A stretch of 64,000 nt of DNA, from positions 9,883 to 73,882 of the forward strand of contig JAWXUD010000003.1 in NCBI GenBank assembly GCA_044432945.1. The letters run 5' to 3'. Below are positions 36,300 to 44,714 of the stretch, piece by piece. Position numbers and translations under genes: made by a program. Source of the DNA: Candidatus Gastranaerophilales bacterium (GTDB lineage Bacteria; Cyanobacteriota; Vampirovibrionia; Gastranaerophilales; Gastranaerophilaceae). Below the pieces are notes generated by a model. The model made no database searches, was not told the origin of the DNA, and saw only the letters and a program-made list of their open reading frames with translations. Each line of letters begins with the position of its first letter. Position 1 is the first letter of the stretch.

Positions 36300-37406
36300 C
36301 TAAATCAAAAACTTACCGTTTTCATAAATCAAAACGTCATCAGCGAAAATTTGTCCGCCGTTTTTCATGTTCTTTATCAAGTCCCAATGTAGTCCAGATT
36401 CGTTTTTGCCACCAGTTTCTGGATATGATGCTCCGACTGCCATATGGATTGAACCACCGATTTTTTCATCAAAAAGTATGTTCCCTGTTATTTCTTGGAT
36501 CTCTTCGTTTGTACCGATAGCGATTTCGCCAATCCCACGAGAGCCTTCGTCCATGTCAAACATTGCGTTCAAAAATGCTTCACCTTTTTCAGCTATCGCT
36601 TTTACTACTTGCCCTTTTTCTATGATTAGGTGAACGCCGTGTGCTTCGTTACCACGATAGTTTTGAGGGAAATCGAAATAAATTTCACCATCAACTTCAT
36701 TTTCAACAGGTGATGTGAAAACCTCGCCATCAGGGAAGTTGTTCAATCCTGCACAACTAATCCATTTGCGACCTTTTACGCCATATGTAATATCGGTTTT
36801 TTCGCCAACAACTCGAACTTTTTCGACTTTATTCAGGTAATTAGCCCAATTAATTTGTTTGTCGTTTAATTCTTGCAATTTCGCTACTGGATCATCGCAA
36901 TCAAGGTAACAGGCTTTGAATAAAAATTCGGTATAATCATCTAAAGACATTTTTGCCTCTTGAGCTAGGGCTTGAGTAGGCACATCGGCAATAACCCAAC
37001 TAGCTTCGCCTAGAGCAGAACGTCTAAGCAATGTTTCTGATAAATGTTTTGTAGCTTTTCCACGCCTAGCGAGTTTTGACAAGTCAGCACGAGCCATGTT
37101 TTTTGTGTTAAGTGGTCCGCCAAGTGAAATATATTTATTAACTTTTTGATATTCCATCTCAGTTATTGGGTCGACATAGTCCAATTGTTCATCGCTTGCA
37201 TATTTTATGAAAAGTTCAGCCATATCGCCAATTGCGGTTCTAATAAGAGGGTGTCCTCCACGTTCTAATACTCTTTTGTAAACGGCTTTTGCTAGATGTT
37301 TTGTGAAAACGCTTTCTCCACGAATTATTACTAAATCACCTTTTTGCACGTTTGTAGAATAATCTACTAAAACTTTTGCGTATTTATCCCAAACTGAATT
37401 TTTCAT
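36300..37406 (-). CDS. M29-family aminopeptidase (AmpS/PepS-like)
   Basis: 368 aa. GEIAIGTN, GGSIHMAVGASYPETGGKNESGLHWDLI. Confidence 0.85.
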   Translation of the reverse strand: MKNSVWDKYAKVLVDYSTNVQKGDLVIIRGESVFTKHLAKAVYKRVLERGGHPLIRTAIGDMAELFIKYASDEQLDYVDPITEMEYQKVNKYISLGGPLNTKNMARADLSKLARRGKATKHLSETLLRRSALGEASWVIADVPTQALAQEAKMSLDDYTEFLFKACYLDCDDPVAKLQELNDKQINWANYLNKVEKVRVVGEKTDITYGVKGRKWISCAGLNNFPDGEVFTSPVENEVDGEIYFDFPQNYRGNEAHGVHLIIEKGQVVKAIAEKGEAFLNAMFDMDEGSRGIGEIAIGTNEEIQEITGNILFDEKIGGSIHMAVGASYPETGGKNESGLHWDLIKNMKNGGQIFADDVLIYENGKFLI

Positions 37407-37430
37407 AATTTCTCCTTTAATTTATGGAAT

Positions 37431-38237
37431 TTATAATTCTTCTGACAAGCTTTGAGGGTTATTTTTAGGCTTTAATACAACCCCTCGTTTTGAATTTTTT
37501 ATAAATTCTATCATTTTTTCGATGTATTCGTTAGTTGGTATTTCATTTTGAATTTTTTCGATAGTTTGAGTTGTGTTATATTCGCCAGAAATAAATAATT
37601 TAAACGCTTTGTTTACATTAGTTCTCACTTCAAGTGGCACTCCACGTCTTTTAAGTGCAATAACATTTAGTCCACGAGGAGAGCAAGGTCTGCCATCGTA
37701 TTTTGCGTATGGTAAAATGTCTTGACGTGATGCTGAAAATCCACTAACAATCGCCATATCGCCGATTTTGATATTTTGGTGAAACACGCTCATTCCACCG
37801 ATGAATGCCCCAAAACCTACGTGAACATGTCCACCTAATGTCGCTAAATTTGCTAAAATAACTTGGTCATCTAAAACGCAGTTGTGTGCAACGTGAGAGC
37901 CAACCATTAATAAGCATTTATCGCCAATTCTTGTTGTAAAATCTCCACAAGCTGCACCACGATGAACAGTTACGTTTTCTTTGATAATTGTGCCGTTACC
38001 GATAACGACTTTTGTTACTTCGCCTTTGTAGCCCAAATCCTGAGGTGCAGAGCCGATTGTAGCAAATGATGAAATTGTGCAACCTTCACCGATTTCAGTG
38101 AATTCTATGCTGACATGAGAGTGTACTTGTGTTTTGTTGCCGATTTTTACGTTTTCACCGATTACTACATAAGCTCCAATAATTGCGTCTTCTGCAATTT
38201 GTGCTGTTGGGTGAATTATTGCGGTTTTATCTATCAT
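37431..38237 (-). CDS. lpxA: Acyl-ACP--UDP-N-acetylglucosamine O-acyltransferase
   Basis: IHPTAQI, hexapeptide repeats, GSAPQDLGYKGE, VAHNCVL, LNVIALKRRG. 268 aa. Confidence 0.85.
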   Translation of the reverse strand: MIDKTAIIHPTAQIAEDAIIGAYVVIGENVKIGNKTQVHSHVSIEFTEIGEGCTISSFATIGSAPQDLGYKGEVTKVVIGNGTIIKENVTVHRGAACGDFTTRIGDKCLLMVGSHVAHNCVLDDQVILANLATLGGHVHVGFGAFIGGMSVFHQNIKIGDMAIVSGFSASRQDILPYAKYDGRPCSPRGLNVIALKRRGVPLEVRTNVNKAFKLFISGEYNTTQTIEKIQNEIPTNEYIEKMIEFIKNSKRGVVLKPKNNPQSLSEEL

Positions 38238-38318
38238 ATATTTTCCTCTTCTTAATCTCTATAAATAAATTATAGTACAAATGAGAGAAATATGATATAT
38301 TTTAATATTTATTTAATA

Positions 38319-40016
38319 TTATCTGTGTGCTTTTTTGCCACGAACAAATTGTTGCGATAACTCTTCAAGTCTAGCATTCATTCCGTTGTGAGTATCGATG
38401 TTGTGTCGTTCCACGAAATCGTAGGCGTCATCAAGGTTTTCATACATTTTATCTAAAATCTTAGGAGAATGTGAATCCGCAACTAGTTCTAACATCAATG
38501 TAAACACTTTTTGAATAACTTGAACATCTTCCGCACCTTTTTGACCCAATAGTATAGTTGAAAATTTTAGGTTTTCGATAAGTTCTTTTGTGTTAGGGCT
38601 TTTGGTTTTTTTATATAGATTATCGATATGTTCGTATGTTTTAAATATAGCAAGCAAATATGTATCTGCTAATTTTTGACTTTCATTTCCAGGATAATCA
38701 TCAATAAATTTCATAGATAGAGGGTTTGTTTTTTCGATACGTTCATATGATTTTCGGGTTAATTCTGGTTGATGTGGGTAATAATCTATAACCATTTCAT
38801 AATCATCAGGGTCAAGTCCTCTTTCTTCAAGCCAGCCATTAAATTTTTCTTTATATTTCATTGGCGTGGTATCAAGTTCATAAAAAGTTTCGTTTTCTTC
38901 TTTAACTTTTTTCCAAGCACCACGAATGTTCTCTGACATTTTGGCTTTATATTTACGGTTTAAATCCCAGAAGGCTTTTAGAGATGACGATTTTTCTTTT
39001 GATAAATCTAGTGGTTTTTGAGTTTCTGCTGATGAGAAATCTTTAAACCCTTTGCCTTTCATAAAACTACTCATCGCTTTTTTTATCGGTTCTGCACCGT
39101 GATATCCCCAAGCTTTTTTCATTACTCGAGAGAAAACCTCAGCTTGTTCAGGGTTGTTGCGATAAAATTCTTTTTGACGTTCAGACATCTCAAGAAGTTT
39201 TTCTGGATTTTCTTGATAATATTTGATTAGACTTTCAGAAATATGTTTTTTATGATCTTCTGATAACGGTCCACGTTTTATGAAAATCGGCTCACCGTCA
39301 GCTTCTTGTAATTTGCGTTCAATGCTCATCATTCTATTTTCTGTCATTTGTTTGGTCAAGCGTTCGTTGTATTCAACGTCTGAAAATTTTAAAACGTGTC
39401 CATAGTTTTTGTCTACTGTCGGGATTTGAAGTTTTTTCATTGTGTGATATAAATCAGTCCCATCTGTATATTTTTTCAAGTCGTTGATTGAAAATCCATC
39501 GCCCCAATAAAGTTTTAATAGTTGCAGAGAAACATCTTCTTCAGAGTCAAAATGTTCTAATTCGCCTTTTTTGATTTTGTCAAAAAGAGTGCCTTCTCTA
39601 AAAGTCGCTTGATTATCTTCTACAACATTTTCAAATTCAGGGAATTTTATTTTTGCTTCATCTAGTGAAAAACATTCTTTTAGCTCTGAATATGCTCTTT
39701 TGTGAATGTCGATTAAAGTTTCTTGTGCGTTGTTTCCTTGCTCAATGACATTAGTTGCCAGTTCACGAACTTTTGGAGGGTATAGATTAGGTATTTTTTC
39801 AGCGAGGTTGTCGAGTCCTTCGATGGTTTTTTTAAGGTTAATACTATATCCACCAGTGAAATTTATTGAGCTTAAATAATTTTGGGTGCTTGGCATGTTT
39901 TTGCCATAATCACTTGCGTTAGTTAGGGGATTTGTTTGTTGTTCATGAATATTTTTATTGCTTTTTATATTATTATTTTTCGTTGTGTTTGTGAGGGTTA
40001 TGCTATTTATTTTCAT
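38319..40016 (-). CDS. Hypothetical 565-aa Lys/Glu-rich helical protein with Asn-rich N-terminal leader
   Basis: MKINSITLTNTTKNNNIKSNKN...LSSINFTGG. SD ggagaaacc. No catalytic motif recognised. Confidence 0.5.
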   Translation of the reverse strand: MKINSITLTNTTKNNNIKSNKNIHEQQTNPLTNASDYGKNMPSTQNYLSSINFTGGYSINLKKTIEGLDNLAEKIPNLYPPKVRELATNVIEQGNNAQETLIDIHKRAYSELKECFSLDEAKIKFPEFENVVEDNQATFREGTLFDKIKKGELEHFDSEEDVSLQLLKLYWGDGFSINDLKKYTDGTDLYHTMKKLQIPTVDKNYGHVLKFSDVEYNERLTKQMTENRMMSIERKLQEADGEPIFIKRGPLSEDHKKHISESLIKYYQENPEKLLEMSERQKEFYRNNPEQAEVFSRVMKKAWGYHGAEPIKKAMSSFMKGKGFKDFSSAETQKPLDLSKEKSSSLKAFWDLNRKYKAKMSENIRGAWKKVKEENETFYELDTTPMKYKEKFNGWLEERGLDPDDYEMVIDYYPHQPELTRKSYERIEKTNPLSMKFIDDYPGNESQKLADTYLLAIFKTYEHIDNLYKKTKSPNTKELIENLKFSTILLGQKGAEDVQVIQKVFTLMLELVADSHSPKILDKMYENLDDAYDFVERHNIDTHNGMNARLEELSQQFVRGKKAHR

Positions 40017-40117
40017 GGTTTCTCCGTAATCTTAGTAGATAAAAGTATCTAAAGATTTTTTTTTGCTATTTATCTTAATTTTTTAGAGGATTTTTATTTA
40101 GGGGGATTTTTAGGGTT

Positions 40118-40942
40118 TTATGATTTGACGCCACCTTGTAGTATGTCTGTTATGAAATATTTTTTACCTAATAAGAAAACTCCAACAACGGGTATCGTGC
40201 AGATGACAGAGCAGGCTAATAATTCGCCCCATTGAGTGGTTTCTCTAAAGCTTCCTTTAAAAATCGCTAATCCGACAGGAAGTGTTCTCATGCTTTCAGA
40301 ATTTGTAGCAATTAATGGCCACAAAAAGCTGTTCCACGAACTCACGAATGTGAAAATCGCCAAAGTTGCGATTGTTGGTAGGGCAAGCGGTAGTGCGATT
40401 TTGAAAAAAGTTTGAAATAGGTTGCAACCATCAATTCTGGCACTCTCTTCTAAATCCTTTGGCAATCCTAAAAAATACTGTCGCATCAAAAATATTCCAA
40501 ACCCTCCGAAAAGTGCTGGTAGGATTAGGGCTTGATAGGTGTCGATAAGGTTCATCTCACGCATTAAAAAGAATAATGGAATAATGTTCACTTGTGGTGG
40601 GATAAGCATTGTGATTAGGATTAATAAAAAAATGCCGTTTTTGTACTTGAAGTTTAGTCTTGCGAAAGCGTATCCTGCTAGTGATGCGAAAAGCACTTGC
40701 CCAATAGTCGTTATCGTAGCAATTATAAGACTGTTGAAGAAATATTTGCTTATTGGAATGTCATCAAATACGTTTTTGTAATTATTAAAGGTTGGGTTGT
40801 TTGTTGAAATTGTTGTAGTTTTTGAAAAAATTTCACCCTCAGGGGCAAATGATAAACTAACCATCGCAAAAAATGGATATAGCATACTTATTGCAATCAC
40901 TATTAAAGTTATGTAGCCTAAAAATACGTGGAATTTTTTCAT
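40118..40942 (-). CDS. Carbohydrate ABC transporter permease (MalG/UgpE-type), no partner genes nearby
   Basis: Six TM segments. EAA loop EESARIDGCNLFQTFFKIALPLALP. Confidence 0.85.
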   Translation of the reverse strand: MKKFHVFLGYITLIVIAISMLYPFFAMVSLSFAPEGEIFSKTTTISTNNPTFNNYKNVFDDIPISKYFFNSLIIATITTIGQVLFASLAGYAFARLNFKYKNGIFLLILITMLIPPQVNIIPLFFLMREMNLIDTYQALILPALFGGFGIFLMRQYFLGLPKDLEESARIDGCNLFQTFFKIALPLALPTIATLAIFTFVSSWNSFLWPLIATNSESMRTLPVGLAIFKGSFRETTQWGELLACSVICTIPVVGVFLLGKKYFITDILQGGVKS

Positions 40943-40981
40943 ATATTTATTTTAACATCAAAAAATATTATTGAATATTTC

Positions 40982-41263
40982 TTAGTTGAACCCTGTTAAA
41001 GAAAAATTTACATCTAGTTGTGAATAAACTTTTTCAAGTAGTTGATGAGCATTCATATCAAGTCCTTCAGCAATTTTACATAATGTTATCAATTTTATAT
41101 CTTTGCAAATCCCTAGTTCAACATCTCTCCAAGTTGATTTTGACATCGAAGATTCAGCACTGATTAAATAAATAGTTTTGTTAAGCTTTTTTCTTTCATT
41201 ACAAATCACTTGACCAATAGCTTTTATAAGTATCTCACCATTCTTAGAAAAATTTTCTTGCAT
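40982..41263 (-). CDS. XRE-family helix-turn-helix protein
   Basis: 93 aa. LNKTIYLISAESSMSKSTWRDVELG...ITLCKIAEGLDMNAHQLL. Confidence 0.6.
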   Translation of the reverse strand: MQENFSKNGEILIKAIGQVICNERKKLNKTIYLISAESSMSKSTWRDVELGICKDIKLITLCKIAEGLDMNAHQLLEKVYSQLDVNFSLTGFN

Positions 41264-41433
41264 AATATCAAGTTTAGTGTTAAATTAAAAATATTAGAAC
41301 GGTGTGCCGACCCAATTATGGCAAAAATGTAGGTTGGGGCTTGCCCTAAAATAAAAAACGAAAGGAAATGATTTATGGAAACGAACAAGAACGAACAGAA
41401 TCAGTGTGATAGGAAATCAAAGTTTGTTAAACT

Positions 41434-41533
41434 AATTCTCCTCCGCTGGAACGCAAGCGAGCAGAGGCAGAAAGCGAAAACCACGCTTTTCGCACTGCCG
41501 TTTAATGCGAGTGAAGCAAGACGGGGTGGCAAC
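41434..41533 (-). repeat. GC-rich ~100-nt element, copy 3 (inverted orientation)
   Basis: Its reverse complement aligns end to end with 32031-32130. The central block cttgcttcactcgcattaaacggcagtgcgaaaagcgtggtt is identical. An extra terminal fragment acggggtgg sits at 41541-41549. Confidence 0.85.
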
Positions 41534-41554
41534 GAAGTTGACGGGGTGGTTTCA

Positions 41555-42604
41555 ATGAGAAAGCGTTTTGCGTTTACCCTCGCAGAGGTTTTAATCACCC
41601 TTGGTGTCATCGGGGTTGTGTCGGCGATGACTTTGCCAAGTTTAATTAGCAATTATCAGAGTAATGCTTTAGAAAAGAAACAACTTCTTTTTGAAGATCG
41701 TATTGAAGAGGCGATGAATCAAATGAGATTTCATGAAAAGCTTACTGGGTATTCTAGTGCTGAAGATTTTGTCGATGAGTTTTCTAAATATATAAAAATT
41801 AATGAAATATGTATGAGCGGAGAGTTAGAAAATTGTTTTCCTGAAGAAATATATTCGCCTGGTTTTAATAAATATTTGTCACTAAGTTTGGATGACCTAG
41901 CGACAGGCAATGATTTTGCAAGTGCTACAGACGGCTCAGATTTTTCAAGTAATAATGTAACAGTTATATTTGCAGACGGTATTCACGCATTAATGAATTA
42001 TAATAAAAATTGTGAATGGTTGGATCCATATAGTTCAGGAGCTAATCGTTCTGAAGCAAGTTCTTGTATAGCTATGTTAGCAGATCTGAATGGTAATAGT
42101 GGTAAAAATACAATAGGGAATGATATAATTGGAATAAATGCTAATTTTTTAGTTTGTTTAGAGAGTGGGTTGTGTGTAGAAACTGGTGATACGGCTTATT
42201 CAGCTTTAAATACATGTACAGGTAGTGAAGATTATATTTGGGATACAACTGGTGATGATAATTTGTATTGTGCTGAAAATTATTGGGCTGGAGCTATGAA
42301 AGCTTGTGCCGAAAAGGATATGGATTTGATGTCGCAAGCTCAAGCCTTAGAAGTGATTAATGAGATGTATGGTGTAGAGCTCACTTCCTATCCGACTGCT
42401 GCTAGCCTTTATTTTGGTACAGTTTCTTCTACGGCATTAATTACTTTGCAACCTCAGACTTATTATTTGAACAGAGTTGGAAATGATTCAACTGCTAGTC
42501 GGTTGCATATGGAAACTATGACAACAACTGGTGTATGGATAGGTACTGGTGATACTTCTAAAAATTCTTCAAATTCAACTGCGAGATGTGTGCAGTCTAA
42601 TTAA
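41555..42604 (+). CDS. Prepilin-type N-terminal domain protein with a ~310-aa Cys-containing C-terminal domain
   Basis: MRKRFA|FTLAEVLITLGVIGVVSAMTLP (class III signal, Ala rather than Gly at -1). The ORF-track start at 41375 reads through the repeat and is rejected. Confidence 0.75.
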   Translation: MRKRFAFTLAEVLITLGVIGVVSAMTLPSLISNYQSNALEKKQLLFEDRIEEAMNQMRFHEKLTGYSSAEDFVDEFSKYIKINEICMSGELENCFPEEIYSPGFNKYLSLSLDDLATGNDFASATDGSDFSSNNVTVIFADGIHALMNYNKNCEWLDPYSSGANRSEASSCIAMLADLNGNSGKNTIGNDIIGINANFLVCLESGLCVETGDTAYSALNTCTGSEDYIWDTTGDDNLYCAENYWAGAMKACAEKDMDLMSQAQALEVINEMYGVELTSYPTAASLYFGTVSSTALITLQPQTYYLNRVGNDSTASRLHMETMTTTGVWIGTGDTSKNSSNSTARCVQSN

Positions 42605-42616
42605 TATTTTACAATT

Positions 42617-42657
42617 AAAATCCCGCCATCAAACAAATTTGATGGCGGGATTTTATT
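42617..42657. terminator. Bidirectional rho-independent terminator
   Basis: aaaatcccgccatcaaa / tttgatggcgggatttt, a 17-bp stem with A/T runs on both sides. Confidence 0.85.
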
Positions 42658-42677
42658 ATAAAAAATGTATTACTATT

Positions 42678-42812
42678 TTAAATAACGAAATAGATTAAAG
42701 CGAACATTGCACATAGTGAGATTGAGCTGACTGCAAACCAAGTGTGCATTACTGGGTGTTGATATTGCCAAATTTCTTTTATTGTAGTTGTTGCGTTTTC
42801 GATTTGTTGCAT
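42678..42812 (-). CDS. Candidate 44-aa small membrane protein (below the ORF-track cutoff)
   Basis: MQQIENATTTIKEIWQYQHPVMHTWFAVSSISLCAMFALIYFVI. SD GGAG 8 nt upstream. Ends just before the terminator. Confidence 0.35.
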   Translation of the reverse strand: MQQIENATTTIKEIWQYQHPVMHTWFAVSSISLCAMFALIYFVI

Positions 42813-42921
42813 CTCGTCTTCTCCATAACTTTTATTTTATATATTCTATTTTCCACATTTAACAGATTTGCACATCACCTAATTGGTTGAATTTTTTTAA
42901 TCTTTCGGGTAATATCAAAGT

Positions 42922-44160
42922 ATGAGAAATTTAGAACTTTTGATGCCTGCTGGCAGTATAGAAAAATTAGAATATGCCATTAGATACGGTGCTAATGCTG
43001 TTTATCTAGGCGTTGTAGACTTTAGTTTGCGTGCAATGCGTAAGGGCAATTTAATAACTTTAGACAATTTAAAAGAGGCTGTTGATTTGGCTCACTCGCT
43101 TGGGGCAAAAGCTTATGTGACACTAAACATCTTTGCGTTTAATAACGACATAAAAGAGCTTGAGGCTTGTATTGACAGGTTTAAAGACGCTCGTCCTGAT
43201 GCATTGATTGTTAGCGATTTTGGGGTGTTTAATCTTGTGAGAAAGTATATGCCAGAAATTCCAGTGCATGTCAGTACGCAAGCTAATACGCTAAATTATG
43301 AGGCAGTAAAGTTTTGGCGTGATTTAGGAGCAACTAGGGTTATTCTTGCTCGTGAGTTAGAAATAAAAGATATCGCAGAAATTCGCCGCCAAGTGCCTGA
43401 TATTGAGATTGAAAGCTTTGTACATGGCGCTCAATGTGTTTCGTTTTCTGGACGTTGCTTGTTGAGTGATTATTTCTCAACAGGAGAGCGTAAAGCTAAT
43501 CACGGCAACTGTTCACAGCCTTGTCGTTGGAGCTATAAACTTGTTGAAGAAACTCGTCCAGGTCAGTATTATGAAATAAATCAAGATGAGCGTGGTTCTC
43601 ATATTTTAAGTCCAAAAGATTTGTGTTTAGTAAGGTCGTTGCCAGATTTGATTGAGGCGGGTGTAAATTCGTTTAAGGTTGAGGGGCGTACGAAAAGTTT
43701 GTATTATGTGTCGGCGGTGGCAAAAGCTTATCGTAATGCGATTGATGAGATTTTGCAAAATCCAAATGCTGATTTAGAAAAATATTTCTTAGAGTTGAAA
43801 AAAGTTGGTAATCGTGGTTATACAAATGGTTTTGCATTAGGCGATAACAACGGCGAAAGTTATAGTTATGATATTTCAAAAGGTTTGGCGGGGGCTGATT
43901 TTTTATGTGAATTTATGGGCGAAGAAAAAGATGGATTTTATTTGGTAAAGATTAAGAATAAAATTCTTTTAGACGATGAAATTGAAATTATTACACCTAG
44001 TGAAGCTTTGATTGTCAAAGTCGAAGAGATTAAAAACAAAGAGTTTGAGAATGTTCAACTCGGTAATACTAATGATGAAGTGTTTATGAAATTTACGCAA
44101 TCGCCTGTCGAGTATAAATTTGCAATCGCAAGAACAATTGGGATTAAGGGAGAAAATTAA
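42922..44160 (+). CDS. Peptidase U32-family protein
   Basis: LELLMPAGS, TLNIF, VSDFG, FVHGAQCVSFSGRCLLS, EGR. Confidence 0.85.
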   Translation: MRNLELLMPAGSIEKLEYAIRYGANAVYLGVVDFSLRAMRKGNLITLDNLKEAVDLAHSLGAKAYVTLNIFAFNNDIKELEACIDRFKDARPDALIVSDFGVFNLVRKYMPEIPVHVSTQANTLNYEAVKFWRDLGATRVILARELEIKDIAEIRRQVPDIEIESFVHGAQCVSFSGRCLLSDYFSTGERKANHGNCSQPCRWSYKLVEETRPGQYYEINQDERGSHILSPKDLCLVRSLPDLIEAGVNSFKVEGRTKSLYYVSAVAKAYRNAIDEILQNPNADLEKYFLELKKVGNRGYTNGFALGDNNGESYSYDISKGLAGADFLCEFMGEEKDGFYLVKIKNKILLDDEIEIITPSEALIVKVEEIKNKEFENVQLGNTNDEVFMKFTQSPVEYKFAIARTIGIKGEN

Positions 44161-44639
44161 TGTTTATAAAACCAGATTATAATGTCGAGAATATTTATGC
44201 TATTGATTTGAATGAGTTGAAAAGTCGTGGTATCAATGCTTTTTTATTCGATTTGGATAGCACTTTGATGGCTTCAAAATCAGGTTTTTACACAGAAAAA
44301 ACTCTTGAGTGGTTGCAGAATGTGAAAAAAGATTTTTTTGTAGGGGTTGTATCTAACAATGATAATTTAGCTTATGAAGAGAAAGTTTTGAATGTTTCAG
44401 ATTTCCCTGTAGTATTTTCTGCTCACAAGCCTGAAATTAAGGTTGCTAGAAAATTTATGAGAGATTATTCGCTTGATGCGAGCAAAACTGTTTTTGTAGG
44501 CGATAGACCTTTGACTGATATCGTTTGTGGCAAAAGATTGGGGTGCGTGACGATTTTGGTTGATTCTATTACAGCTGAGATGGAAAAACCTATTGTTCGT
44601 TTTGCCCGTGCTTGTGAACGTAGTTTTATTAGACGTTAG
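44160..44639 (+). CDS. YqeG-family HAD-IIIA phosphatase
   Basis: FLFDLDSTL, VVSNN, VFVGDRPLTDIVCGKRLGCVTILV. Confidence 0.8.
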   Translation: MFIKPDYNVENIYAIDLNELKSRGINAFLFDLDSTLMASKSGFYTEKTLEWLQNVKKDFFVGVVSNNDNLAYEEKVLNVSDFPVVFSAHKPEIKVARKFMRDYSLDASKTVFVGDRPLTDIVCGKRLGCVTILVDSITAEMEKPIVRFARACERSFIRR

Positions 44640-44714
44640 GGGTTTAATAAGTTAAAGTTTCGTAATATAAAAGTGCAAATTAGCATTTTTTATTTTTTTG
44701 AATACTTTATATAA

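Noticed and set aside
37431-38237. lpxA isolated from fabZ/lpxB/lpxD, and kdsC, ispF and bioB each isolated from their pathway partners.
   Set aside because: Dispersed pathway genes are normal in many genomes. This is noted only as context for the diderm/LPS inference.
41375-41554. N-terminal 60 codons of ORF 41375..42604 (METNKNEQ...RRGGNEVDGVVS).
   Set aside because: This stretch is the inverted GC-rich repeat read in frame. The prepilin signal MRKRFAFTLAEV starts at 41555, which is where class III signal peptides normally begin.
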